A DNA stretch of 64,000 bases from Apostichopus japonicus (Eukaryota), in contig NC_092564.1 in the NCBI RefSeq assembly GCF_037975245.1, forward strand, positions 11,423,891 to 11,487,890, written 5' to 3'. Both the position numbers and the translations under genes were made by a program. The notes under the pieces are model-generated. The model worked only from the letters and a program-made list of their open reading frames with translations. It was not told the origin of the DNA and did no database searches. Position 1 is the first letter of the stretch. Each line of letters begins with the position of its first letter. Positions 1-12,112 of the stretch are shown piece after piece.

Positions 1-155
1 GACTAAGAACTGGGTGAAAACTCAAAGATATTTGTTTTATGATTTGAAGAAAAATTGTCTCAGGCCAAAGCTGTTTACAGCCTAACAAATACAAGTAATT
101 TGTTATATTACTGATTTTGAAATATTGCCTAAATTATTACATAATCTGCTTTCAG

Positions 156-497
156 AACCCTCGTTGTAAGATCTGCAACAGAACTCCAGTAATCAAAAGT
201 TCCGATCATCTTTTCTTGGACCTTCCGAGACTGGAGTCCAGACTTCAGTCATTCCTGGACAAGTCCACAACAGAGGGAGACTGGACCTCCAATGCCAAGA
301 TGATCACATCGTCCTGGATACGAGACGGCCTTAAACCAAGGTGCATCACCAGGGATCTAAAATGGGGAACTCCCGTACCTCTGGAGCCCTACACGGACAA
401 GGTGTTCTATGTATGGTTTGATGCACCCATCGGTTACCCTTCCATTACTGCCAACTACACCCCTGATTGGGAGAAATGGTGGAAGAACCCAGATGAG
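156..497 (+). CDS. MARS1: Methionyl-tRNA synthetase (cytoplasmic), internal exon. Encodes [24 protein letters not shown]...[22 protein letters not shown]...[13 protein letters not shown]...WWKNPDE.
   Basis: Acceptor ctgctttcag|AAC and donor GATGAG|gtaaga. Strong identity to vertebrate MetRS motifs ([21 protein letters not shown]). Phase 0 in, phase 0 out. Confidence 0.9.
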
Positions 498-1068
498 GTA
501 AGAAAATCAGTACCAAAGTAAACCAAACATCAAGCATTAAACTGTGCAGTTTGCAACTGAAAAGGATAATAATTAGAGAAATGAGAGCATCAAGTAATAC
601 ATTGTGGAGTTATTGCAAACAACTTGATAATTATTCTCATGTAAAGAGTCAGCATTTTATAGAATATGAATGGAAAGATCTGGTCAGTTCAACTTTTGAC
701 AATTGAAATAATTCATAATTTTACTTTGACGCACAGTTTAAGGTACACCTATTGCCCCACACAAAGAATAGTAATTTTCCGATCTGACCTTTAATTCAAG
801 TACTTCGTTGTTTTCCTACACTGACTGCTTAGGGTGTACATTGTTTCATCTTCACTGGAAAACTCCAGCTACTTGGCAGTGAGAGTCTGCCATTATGTTC
901 AAAAAGTCTTTAAATATCATTCCTTTCCTTTTCATTGTGTCATGATGTAAAACCATTTTGTACCGACTCAAAACGAGTTTTCTCTGCTTGAAGTGTAAGC
1001 ACGATGAAGTGATAGATTAGTCATTACAATTCTCATTTCCATCTTTGTTTGTGTTATCTCATCATCAG

Positions 1069-1186
1069 GTTCAGCTATACCAGTTTATGGCCAAAGATAA
1101 TGTACCATTCCACAGTGTGGTATTCCCCTGTTCACTTCTAGGCTGCGGAGAGAAGTGGACGTTGGTGAACCATCTGATCGCTACAG
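1069..1186 (+). CDS. MARS1: MetRS exon: [39 protein letters not shown].
   Basis: Acceptor atcatcag|GTT and donor CTACAG|gtaaat. Near-identical to human [23 protein letters not shown]...SHLIAT. Confidence 0.9.
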
Positions 1187-1789
1187 GTAAATTACAATCA
1201 CATAGTGTTACTAAGGAGAGTGGCATTACAAGTTCACCTCTCCTATATCAGTTTCATGCACCCTCATCTGTGGATGGTATTGTAGCAATCTTCCCATGCA
1301 GTCTTTTATAATAGTGGTTCTAGATACTGATTCATCTCAGGTTGTCTGTCTTGACATGTTTGTTTATCAAGACTGACTATAGAAGGTATAAGTAGGGAAA
1401 GATCATATACTCGGTTATGGGCAGATTTTATTAATCTTTTTTTTTTTTTTTTTGTGTCATTGTCACTAATCACTTCTCCTAACAGTAGCCTAGATGTAAA
1501 TATAATACATTATAATAAATATATTACTTAGCCTGATATACAGTACCTACAGTTGTCTTGGCTTATTATTGTCTCGTACTACTGAATTCCCAAACTAGTC
1601 TGGCATGTTATAATGTCTGGAGTTGCTTGCTCCTTGCCTCCTCCAAAGTTGTCTGAAGAACTCATTTTTCTCCAACTAAGCAAATACTAAATAATGAGAT
1701 AAAGATTTATCAGTTGGAAGAGAAGGAGCTTTGCATCATGAACATGATGAACAATGGAAGGCTACATAGAGTGAGTATAAGGCCTACCA

Positions 1790-2600
1790 TTTGTGTGTGA
1801 GGTCAATAAGCCCAAGAGTTCTTAACATTGCAAATATCCTTCTTGTTTCCTTGGCAACAGAGTACCTCAACTATGAGGACTCCCAAGTTTTCACTTTTTG
1901 TGTGTGACGTAGTCAATAAGCCCAAGAGTTCTTAACATTTCAAAAATCCTTCTTGTTTCCTTGGCAACAGAGTACCTCAGCTATGAGGACTCCAAGTTTT
2001 CACTATTTGTGTGTGATGTAGTCAATAAGCCAAAGAGTTCTTAAGATTTCAAATATCCTCTTGTTTCCTTGGCAACAGAGAACCTTAAGTATGAGGATTC
2101 CAAGTGTTCACTATTTGTGTGTGACGTAGTCAAAAAGCCAAAGAGTTCTTGACATTTCAAATATCCTTCTTGTTTCCTTGGCAACAGAGTACCTTAACTA
2201 TGAGGACTCCAAGTTTTCACTATTTGTGTGTGAGGTAGTCAATAAGCCCAAGAGTCCTTAACATTTCAAATATCCTTCTTGTTTCCTTGGTTACAGAGTA
2301 CCTCAGCTATGAGGACTCCAAGTTTTCACCATTTGTGTGTGATGTAGTCAATAAACTAAAGAGTTCTTGACATTTCAAATATCCTACTTGTTTCCTTGGC
2401 AACAGAGTACCTCAACTATGAGGATTCTAAGCTTTCAATAAGCCAAAGAGTTCTTGACATTTCAAATATCTTTCTTGTTCCCTTAGCAACAGAGTACCTT
2501 AACTATATGGACTCCAAGTTTTCACTGTTTGTGTGTGAGGTAGTCAATAAGCCCAAGAGTTCTTAACATTTCAAATATCCTCTTGTTTCCTTGGCAACAG
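1790..2600 (+). repeat. Tandem array, about 109-bp unit, about 7.5 copies. It duplicates the 3' end of MARS1 intron 2 (polypyrimidine tract + AG) plus the first ~35 nt of exon 3. The last copy is the real exon-3 acceptor.
   Basis: ttccttggcaacag AGTACCTCAACTATGAGGACTCCAAGTTTTCAC recurs at 1860, 1970, 2078, 2187, 2296, 2405, 2493 and 2600. In the copies the exon-like part runs into ...TTTGTGTGTGA, an in-frame TGA. Confidence 0.9.
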
Positions 2601-2814
2601 AGTACCTCAACTATGAGGACTCCAAGTTTTCCAAGAGCAGAGGGGTTGGTGTATTTGGCAATCATGCTGAGCAGACAGGAATACCGGCAGACATTTGGCG
2701 GTTCTATCTTCTCTTCATACGACCTGAATCTCAGGATAGCTACTTCAACTGGGATGACTTTGTTCTTAAAAACAACAGTGAACTTCTTAACAACCTCGGA
2801 AACTTTATTAACAG
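2601..2814 (+). CDS. MARS1: MetRS exon: [72 protein letters not shown] (KFSKS-region anticodon-binding part).
   Basis: Acceptor ttggcaacag|AG and donor AACAG|gttaga. Matches human [20 protein letters not shown]...IWRFYLLYIRPEGQDS...[15 protein letters not shown]. Confidence 0.92.
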
Positions 2815-3463
2815 GTTAGAGAGTAAGAGTGCTTTGTTCAGTTGTTAGTAAATATACTCTACTTAAATTAATACAGAAGGAAATATGTTGGTATTAATAC
2901 ACACCAGGATGTTGTGCTTAAACTGTAATAGAGGCTGATAAATATCTCTCTCTGGTTTAGTCCTGAATTTCAGTGATGGATTATCCAATAGAATCAGATG
3001 AAGCAAGTGTATTGGGTTAAGGGCCCGCATGGCCTAGCGGTCTCCATGTGCACTTCCATGCAAGACATAACTTACAGGTTGTGCCTGCATACTGCATTAA
3101 AAGTGCCTTAAGGCTCCAGAAGGTTTCAATTTTGGCACTGCCTGTATCATGTGATCAGCAATGTCACCATGCCTTAAAGAAAGTATTTTTTGTTTGATTT
3201 TACAAAGTTGAGACTCTGTTTTCATTGAAAATTTAATTATGGAAAAGTTAGGTTCTTGGATAGCTTGACAGTCTTTGTATTTTAAAATGCTGCTCTTAAA
3301 GTGATTTTTATGTCTAAAATGAGGAAGTCATTTCACCACCTTTTTTTTTTACCTCAAGGTTTGGCACTTTGCAACAGTTGCATCGTAATTCAAAAATAAT
3401 TGTAAATTGCAGTGTTCAGTCATTTATTGTAAACAGTAATCCTAATTTTTGTTAACTGTTTAG

Positions 3464-3595
3464 GGGTCTCATGTTCTTGGAGAAGAACTTTGGAGGACTT
3501 GTTCAAGAGTTGAAGCTGGAACAGTTGGATTGCCAGCTTTTAGCTGCAGTGAGTCAGGAACTGAAGCAATATGTCAGTCTCCTTGAGAAAGTCAG
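3464..3595 (+). CDS. MARS1: MetRS exon: GLMFLEKNFGGLVQELKLEQLDCQLLAAVSQELKQYVSLLEKV(R).
   Basis: Acceptor ctgtttag|G and donor GTCAG|gtaagc. Frame is continuous with the previous exon (NR|G). Confidence 0.85.
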
Positions 3596-3596
3596 G

Positions 3597-5420
3597 TAAG
3601 CATCACTTTAACATTTGTTTGTATCTATAGTAACCTGTTTATTGTTATATGTGTATGCTATGAAGTACTACTGGGTCTCTCAGTTGCTATGTAACTGTAC
3701 TGAACATAAAGAACTCCTTATGACAACAAAACATGAATGAGCTAATACATAGTAACCTGTTTATTGTTATATGTGTATGCTATGAAGTACTACTGGGTCT
3801 CTCAGTTGGTATGTAACCTTACTGAACATTGACAACTCCTTATGACAACAAAACATGAATGAGCTAATACATAGTAACCTGTTTATTGTTACATGTGTAT
3901 GCTATGAAGTACTACTGGGTCTCTCAGTTGGTATGTAACTGTACTGAACATAAAGAACTCCTTATGACAACAAAACATGAATGTGCTAATACATAGTAAC
4001 CTGTTTATTGTTATATGTGTATGCTATGAAGTACTACTGGGTCTCTCAGTTGGTATGTAACTGTACTGAACATAAAGAACTCCTTATGACAACAAAACAT
4101 GAATGTGCTAATACATAGTAACCTGTTTATTGTTATATGTGTATGCTATGAAGTACTACTGGGTCTCTCAGTTGCTATGTAACTGTACTGAACATAAAGA
4201 ACTCCTTATGACAACAAAACATGAATGTGCTAATACATAGTAACCTGTTTATTGTTATATGTGAATGTTATGAAGTACTACTGGGTCTCTCAGTTGGTAT
4301 GTAACTGTACTGAACATAAAGAACTCCTTATGAAAACAAAACATGAATGTGCTAATACATAGTAACCTGTTTATTGTTATATGTGAATGTTATGAAGTAC
4401 TACTGGGTCTCTCAGTTGGTATGTAACCTAACTGAACATTGACAACTCCTTATGCCAGCATAACATGAATGAGCTAATACATAGTAACCTGTTTATTATT
4501 GTATGTGTATGCTATGAAGTACTACTGGGTCTCTCAGTTGGTATGTAACTGTACTGAACATAAAGAACTCCTTATGACAACAAAACATGAATGTGCTAAT
4601 ACATAGTAACCTGTTTATTGTTATATGTGAATGTTATGAAGTACTACTGGGTCTCTCAGTTGCTATGTAACCTAACTGAACATTGACAACTCCTTATGAC
4701 AGCAAAACATGAATGAGCTAATACATAGTAACCTGTTTATTATTGTATGTGAATGTTATGAAGTACTACTGGGTCTCTCAGTTGGTATGTAACCTAACTG
4801 AACATTGACAACTCCTTATGCCAGCATAACATGAATGAGCTAATACATAGTAACCTGTTTATTATTGTATGTGTATGCTATGAAGTACTACTGGGTCTCT
4901 CAGTTGGTATGTAACTGTACTGAACATAAAGAACTCCTTATGACAACAAAACATGAATGTGCTAATACATAGTAACCTGTTTATTGTTATATGTGAATGT
5001 TATGAAGTACTACTGGGTCTCTCAGTTGCTATGTAACCTAACTGAACATTGACAACTCCTTATGACAGCAAAACATGAATGAGCTAATACATAGTAACCT
5101 GTTTATTATTGTATGTGAATGTTATGAAGTACTACTGGGTCTCTCAGTTGGTATGTAACCTAACTGAACATTGACAACTCCTTATGCCAGCATAACATGA
5201 ATGAGCTAATACATAGTAACCTGTTTATTGTTATATGTGTATGCTATGAAGTACTACTGGGTCTCTCAGTTGGTATGTAACTGTACTGAACATAAAGAAC
5301 TCCTTATGACAACAAAACATGAATGTGCTAATACATAGTAACCTGTTTATTGTTATATGTGAATGTTATGAAGAATTACTGGGTCTCTCAGTTGGTATGT
5401 AACCTTACATTGACAACTCC
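3597..5420 (+). repeat. Minisatellite, about 112-123-bp unit, about 15 copies. A 360-bp higher-order repeat (3 subunit variants) is repeated three times at 4440-5400. It starts right at the exon-4 donor of MARS1.
   Basis: Unit catagtaacctgtttattgttatatgtgtatgctatgaagtactactgggtctctcagttg... Variant subunits (..ccagcataacatg..) recur at 4456, 4816 and 5176. Confidence 0.9.
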
Positions 5421-5579
5421 TTTATGCATACAAACATGAATGAGCATGATGAATGTTTGAGCTCTGCTATGAAGCTAATGCCACAAGCTAAGACATTTCG
5501 TGCTCATGCTTGTTAGTGCAGTTGACAGCTTTAAAACTATCGAATGTAGTCAACAGATATTCTTTGAATTCCTTTTCAG

Positions 5580-5684
5580 GATTAAAGAAGCCTTGAGACA
5601 TGTGCTAAACATCTCACGGCTTGGTAACCAACACATTCAAGTCACACAGCCCTGGGTCCTTGTCAAAGGATCGCCAGAAGAAAA
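5580..5684 (+). CDS. MARS1: MetRS exon: (R)IKEALRHVLNISRLGNQHIQVTQPWVLVKGSPEEK.
   Basis: Acceptor ccttttcag|G and donor GAAAA|gtaaga. Matches human [35 protein letters not shown]. Confidence 0.88.
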
Positions 5685-6112
5685 GTAAGAATGCAAAGTA
5701 TTTGATACAAGTCACATCAAAGACTTGCTAATTGTATATCATGGTGTGAGGAATTTGTTGTTGAAATTGATAATAGTTCACTTTTTCACAAAATGTTAAG
5801 ATTTTTCATAAGATATCTAGGACTAAATATGCTATAAGCATGTAAATTATTAATGTCAGTTATTAGTCCTGCTACCCGCTTTAAATATTTGCTGTTTATG
5901 AAACCGTTGAACAGGTTTAATGATTTGGTGGAAGAAGATGGGGTGTGGAGGGGTGGGGGATGGGGGGTAGTAGGTTAGTGGGGGCAGGGGATTGGGGGGT
6001 AAATGGGGGAAAGGACAGGTAATGAAAGCTCTCCTTATTTTATATTCATCTTCCACTGCACAGTGTATATGGTATGATATGGTGATATTCTAATCTTTTC
6101 TAATCTGCAAAG

Positions 6113-6296
6113 GTCCAGAGCCGGGACGGTTACTTCTCTCTGTGTTAACATCTCCTGCCTCTTGTCCGTCATGCTTCATCCGTACATGCCAGACACGAGT
6201 AAAACCATCCAGGAGCAGCTCAATGCCTCAGCCGATGTTAACGTCCTCACTGGAGACTTTGTTTGTTACCTCGAACCAGGACACAAAATTGGAACG
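6113..6296 (+). CDS. MARS1: MetRS exon: SRAGTVTSLCVNISCLLSVMLHPYMPDTSKTIQEQLNASADVNVLTGDFVCYLEPGHKIGT.
   Basis: Acceptor ctgcaaag|G and donor GGAACG|gtaaag. Matches human [26 protein letters not shown]...LPAGHQIGT. Confidence 0.88.
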
Positions 6297-6839
6297 GTAA
6301 AGAAGAAACCATCATTTTTGCCTTCTGACTTTGTAGTTTATTTCAGGCTCATATTTACAACAAAAAAAGAGCAAATATGACAAGTTTGGGTGTTAGTCTA
6401 GGATGTGTTCAACATGTCAACAGATCTACTATGGTTCCAATGCCAAGTCAGTGGTCAACGCTGTTGCTTGAGTTGTATCAGGGGTTGCTGTTAGTTGACC
6501 ATTTTTGAAAAACACTGACATATCAAGTTACCACTGGGACTTTCAGTGGTTTCAAGTCCTTGTTGTTAATGAGAAGAAAAACTTTATTGTGCCACCTGAA
6601 GATGTTGCAAAATAAAATGTTAGAAACCTTTCTCGTTGGATCTTGGAAAAAAAGCATTTTGACAGAGGTTTATCATTTGGTGTATATAGTATGCCATAAA
6701 GAGGGAGAGGGGTGGGGAGGGAGGGGCCATGTCTACTCTCCTTATCATCATAACTCATCATCTCTAAATCCTCTCTATTTGTTGGTAAGGGCTGGTTCAC
6801 AGCCCGCAATGTTAATTCCTCTTGATGTTTCATTCACAG

Positions 6840-6914
6840 CCAAAACCTCTGTTTGCTAAGATTGAACAAGCTCAGGCAGACCAATTGAGAAACCAATATG
6901 CAGGGAAGAACGAC
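6840..6914 (+). CDS. MARS1: MetRS exon: PKPLFAKIEQAQADQLRNQYAGKND.
   Basis: Acceptor cattcacag|C and donor AACGAC|gtaagt. Matches human [22 protein letters not shown]. Confidence 0.82.
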
Positions 6915-7700
6915 GTAAGTCACGAAGATGAAATAAGATTTATTAAATAATGACATGGAACTCCCTATGAGCCATGTTAATAGCCTAGATGTGCATGTTT
7001 ATATTTATGTGTGCACATATTGGTAGTGGGTGTTCTGCCATACTCCTGTTTATTTTATGCGTGATGATATCTTAGTACCAGGAAATATTAAACTTTTGCA
7101 TGTTACTAGATGTCTGGTAGAAGTAGTGTTTGTTGTTGAAAGTGATATCTTGGCCTTGATATAAAAATAAAATCTGCAGAGGCTTTTTGAATATTTTAAT
7201 TAGTAATTGTTTCTTGATTAATTGTCTCAAGTAATGTGACATCTGAACCAAGGGTTTTGTTGATGAGGTTCGACTAGTTCCACTGAGCCTGTTTCACTGG
7301 GGGCTTGTTTCACTTAGTTTAATTCTGCTACCATTCTCTCCCAAAGGAGACTTGAATGAAATATGTTCAGTCAAAAAATTTCTGTTAATATTGCAATTAT
7401 TTTGGAATGTCAACAGAGCTCAGAAATACTAATTGTATTGATGTAGTCTGTCTTCTTCTTATGTATTTATTATTTTGGTTTCATTTCTATGGACTATTTC
7501 CTCTTACTGTTGGTGAAAGTATTGCTATCCGCTGTTTGACGAAAACAATGATAGCGCAGAGAAAGATCAGTCCATCTTTTCTGGTTAATGAATATTCACG
7601 ATGATTGTAAAATTACGACATGCATGGATTAATTCTGAGATGACCAAGAGTGTTCTTTGTCAGTCTTCATTCTGTGATGCTACCAAATTGTTTTCTGCAG

Positions 7701-7814
7701 AGCACACCAGCTCCTAGTGAGCCTTCAAAGCCAACACCAGAGAAGTCAGCCCCTGCTCCTAAGGATGTTGACCCTGCTGAGGTGGAAAGGCTCACACAGG
7801 AAGTAGCGAAACAG
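7701..7814 (+). CDS. MARS1: MetRS exon, linker: STPAPSEPSKPTPEKSAPAPKDVDPAEVERLTQEVAKQ.
   Basis: Acceptor ttttctgcag|AGC and donor AAACAG|gtaagg. Phase 0 to phase 0. Leads into the WHEP-like exon. Confidence 0.8.
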
Positions 7815-8082
7815 GTAAGGAATTGTTATTTTAGATGTAAGAGGGGAGGGGTGCAGAGGATGCAGTGATTTTGATAAACTCAGTCATTGATTACATTATC
7901 AGAGCTATTCATTTCTTGTACTCATATAACAGTACTTACAAGACAAGCATTTACTTCATTTACTATCCCCTTGGAGGTAAGCATAGTGTTAATTTAAAAA
8001 GTCCATGCCTACAATTCCATTCTCAAGTTGTTTACTTTTTTCCTCGCTATCATCATCTCATTTTGCTTTTTACACGCTACAG

Positions 8083-8247
8083 GGAGATGAAGTTCGTAAG
8101 TTGAAGACGGACAAAGCCGAGAAATCACAGATCGATCTCGAAGTAGCCAAGCTATTGGCTTTGAAGAAAGAGCTGGCTCTGGCCTTGGGGGTCAAACCAG
8201 AGGCGGGAAAGAAGGGAGGAAAGAGTAAGAAAGGAAAGAAAAAGTAA
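8083..8247 (+). CDS. MARS1: MetRS terminal exon: WHEP-like helix-turn-helix plus lysine-rich tail ([54 protein letters not shown]). TAA stop at 8245-8247.
   Basis: Acceptor cgctacag|GGA. In-frame TAA. Matches the human MetRS C-terminus ([45 protein letters not shown]). Confidence 0.88.
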   Translation, partial: GDEVRKLKTDKAEKSQIDLEVAKLLALKKELALALGVKPEAGKKGGKSKKGKKK

Positions 8248-8455
8248 AACCGGATCAGGAAGCAAGGACTCGCTGAACTGTAAACGTTGAACTGTTTAAG
8301 ATGGTAAACTGTAACTTTGTGATGCTAAGAGTGCAAATTATCATTTAAAGAAAATATGTTAGTATGAATTTATTTTATTTTCCTGTGTGGCTTAGTTTCT
8401 GTCCTCCAACTGCATGATTTCACTATTTGACCAGATTTTGGGAGAATAAGATCAA

Positions 8456-8461
8456 ATTAAA
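8456..8461 (+). promoter_or_regulatory. Candidate ATTAAA poly(A) signal for MARS1, about 210 nt downstream of the stop.
   Basis: Hexamer seen in sequence. No canonical AATAAA sits closer to the stop. Confidence 0.25.
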
Positions 8462-8859
8462 TTTCTTGAGTCAGAATGCTTGAAGCAAAAGATGAATCTT
8501 ACCTAACATCATGCTAAATCAGGTTAAATTTAACTGTATAATTTCTTGTAATTAATGTGTGGGATAATTCATGAAAGTGCCTCAAACTAGAAAAGTAATG
8601 TTTCTAAATTTCACTCTATCAATTTTAACCATGTTCAATGTGGCTGTGTAGTAGTAATATTGCTTTTGGTTAAGTGGTTTACAATTTTTGACTTTCAAAC
8701 ATTGCAGCTATTGTGTCTATCATTGCAAGCTGTACATCTCTATATAAAGTCAGTATGCAAAGTTATGGAACATGTGTGATGTTACGGTATACTGCCATAC
8801 ATCTCAGGGAATTAATTCTTGTTTGTTGTTCGTTTAAAAAGGACCAATTGTTTGGAGTT

Positions 8860-9095
8860 TCTTAAGCTAAGGGGGCGACCACCCCTTGAGCATATTGTTT
8901 TTATGATATCGCTAGTAATTTCAAATAAAAAATGCTTAGATGCAACTTACAAGGCCTGGGAAGTGCCATTTCCAGCGATCGGTCAAAATGTTCTTGTACG
9001 CTTCGCGCCAACTCATGGTGGCACTACGCTGAGATAGCTTGCCTATAGACTTCGCCCTCCCTTGGCAAATTCCTCGCTACACCCCTGGCTACTGA
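8860..9095. mobile_element. Truncated copy of the hAT-like MITE family, opposite orientation to the 52998 copy. It sits in the MARS1 3' flank.
   Basis: 8993-9030 cgcgccaactcatggtggcactacgctgagatag is the reverse complement of 53066-53100 ctatctaagcggagcgccaccatgagttggcgcg. Terminal cgctacacccctggctactg at 9075-9095. The 8862-8915 end is similar to the window end 63945-64000. Confidence 0.6.
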
Positions 9096-10599
9096 CCAGA
9101 ACAAACATTTTTGGTTATATGCAAAGTAACAGACAGAAAATAAAAATGGAAATTTCAACAATATTCTTGAGGGTACAGAATTTTCTAACAATTTAGCATA
9201 AACCTATTTTGATGGACATAAAACCATTTAAAATTTATTTAGTGACCAAGCTCACAATTAAGGATTAACAGTGGTTTGTGTGTGGTTTGTGGAAATAAGA
9301 TTAAGAATCTGAATTCAGTTCCCACTAAATGGGAAGGCTTGAAGATTCAGCGATTTAAATTCAACTTTGGTATGCATTCTGATTCAATTTAATCATGAAT
9401 GTCGTCTATTCACTTCGTAAAAATTCATCATAGCCATTCAGGGTATTGATAAAATTCTTCCTAGTATTTGTAGAATTTAGTTCCTGAACCTTACCATTCT
9501 GGTTGTTCCTTCTATTATAATTTTTCTTAATAATGTTTTTTTCTTCATCGGCTACAAAAACATGAAGGATGGCATGTTTGTTGATGTGTGTCATAGTTCC
9601 TGTTAATCCTTCAACCTTCAGTGTCATACACGTAACAAGTGTCTTTAATGCATCAATTATTAGTTCGTTCCCTAAATATTTCATTACAGCCGATCACGTT
9701 ACCGGTAACATTTTAGATGTTATACCCTAATTCAGAAATTATCTACAAAACCCCAGAAGGGATCTCTTAATTCTGCTAGGATATTGCTTGCTTGCTCTGC
9801 TTCAAACATATTAATGTAACCATTCTTCTGTGGACTGCTGTATCTTGAATATTACATCACAATGACATCAGGTTTGTGTGGTAATAAATAAGTTAATACA
9901 ATTTAGTACAATGTTTACATTCAGTATGTAATTCTGATATAAGTGCAGATTTTTAATAAATTCCATAAAATATGAAAAAAAAAATGTTTTCTGCATTCCT
10001 TATGTTATAAATTGTCGTGGGGAGAGTTCTAACCGGAAGGAAAGTGGGGGAGGGGGTTGGTGGGTGGCAGTGGGTGCAGGAATGGTGGTAGGGAGTTGAG
10101 GACAGTTTTGTGAGATCCACCTTGTTTGCCCTGCCATATTTGCTGAAATTCCATAAAACTGCTACTTTTTCATGAATTCTTATTCCTGTAAATGTTGTAG
10201 GAAATCTTGAAATATTGTAGATGAGAGTATTAGACACATGTATGAATGTCTTACATGATGTTTCAAAAGTCATATCCTTGAAGAAAACATACTTCATGAA
10301 TGCATCAAGTCAATGAGGAAAAATAAACCAAATTTATTTATAAAGATGGAGGTTACTGACTACAGTGTTAGTGACCTTTGACCTGTCACTATAACCTTCT
10401 TGCCCAAAGTCAGTTACTTATCACCATTATCAGTGATTCACAGAACAAATAAAATGAAAATCAATAAAACAAAACATCAGATTACAGTTTTTACCTTATT
10501 ATTGCAGCTGGAGGTTGAAAGACTAAAGTTGATATCAATGTGAGGCACAAAAAAGGGGGAAAGAAGAACCAATGTCAGGAGTATTTCACCTGTTCAAAC

Positions 10600-11010
10600 A
10601 CTTGTGAGAACAGGCCATAAAATGATTACAGGTGATATTCAGTGACAGTTGTTACTAGCTTCAGTATATGGATCGTTACAAGATGTGAGAACAGGCCATA
10701 AAATTATAACAGGTGATATTCAGTGACAGTTGTTACTAGCTTCAGTATATGGATCGTTACAAGATGTGAGAACAGGCCATAAAATTATAACAGGTGATAT
10801 TCAGCGACCGTTGTAACTAGCTTCAGTATATGGATCGTTACAAGATGTGAGAACAGGCCATAAAATTATTACAGGTGATATTCAGAAACAGTAGTAACTA
10901 GCTTCAGTATATGGATCGATACAAGATGTGAGAACAGGCCATAAAATTATTACAGGTGATATTCAGCAACAGTAGTAACTAGCTTCAGTATATGGATCGT
11001 TACAAGATGC
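10600..11010. repeat. Intergenic tandem repeat, about 90-bp unit x 5 (gtgagaacaggccataaaatt...ggatcgttacaagat).
   Basis: Direct repeats read in sequence. Confidence 0.85.
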
Positions 11011-12112
11011 CAGGGTTTGTCAAACCAATTAAAGTATGATGGTATATTTGTGACATCAGAAATGAAACCATTGAAAGAGTCATTAGTTTGAAAGATAACA
11101 CAAACAACAGCTATATATCAAGAATCTGTTCATTTGTTTACATTCAATATATAAATGGCATACTTCTTAACTTTGTTATTGATAATCTACATACAGTGGA
11201 AAGTGGAAAGAAAATAAGTTTGAATATTTTATTCCTTTAAAACTAGAAAGACTGCTCATGCATAGAGAGGCTGCTTTAACAACAACTAATAAACCAAAGA
11301 GAATACCTATTTTTTGCATAAAATATTTGAAACTAATCAATCTATAAACTCTTTATCTTTGAAACTAATCAATCTATAAACTCTTTATCTTCAGACATAG
11401 TTTAAGAATAACTTTTTTTCAAATTTTTTTCTTCTAATTTTTATCATAAACACAAAACCCGCCAGATATGCACTCCCAAAAATTTGGTCTCCCAAAAAAA
11501 AAGAAGTGATGCTCATAAATTTAAACTCTCTATAGTCGGCTAAAAGCAGTCAATCATATACTTGAACAACTTTGGATACTTTCTCTACTTTGAACACATA
11601 TGTAAGTGAAAGTAGGGACTGTCATAACCATTGAAATACACAATAATACACAATATATGTCAGATTATTCAAGCAATCTTTACTACACTTATTTAATCTC
11701 ACACACCTTCACTTAAAATTGCCATTTGCATCCCTTTATAAGTGTTTGTTTTTACTGTTTTTATTCTTTATTACTGATACCTATGCAAACGTTTTCCTAA
11801 AACAAAATATCATAAGAAAAACAACAATATAAAAACAAGAAAATATGATAAGTTATATCAATTTCAACAGTCTTATCAACTTTGAACAAATGTAATTTTT
11901 TTTATGGTTGGTAGCCATAGTAAAGTTTGCCTTGATATATATAAAATTAACGAATGTTCAGGACTCTTTTCTAGATGTTCTTGAGAAAGAAAACACCGAG
12001 ATGGTGATTCCAGATGCCTGGAAGACGAGACATCATGATACCAGTAGAGTTCTCTCTTACATCTTATTAATGGTCAATAAATGATGTTGATTCATTAACA
12101 TAATTTGGTTAT

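Noticed and set aside
6552-6859. Overlapping ORFs on both strands within MARS1 intron 6 (e.g. MLLMRRKTLLCHLK..., G-rich GEGWGGRGHV).
   Set aside because: They fall in an intron between two well-supported exons. They derive from G-run low-complexity sequence. There is no homology.
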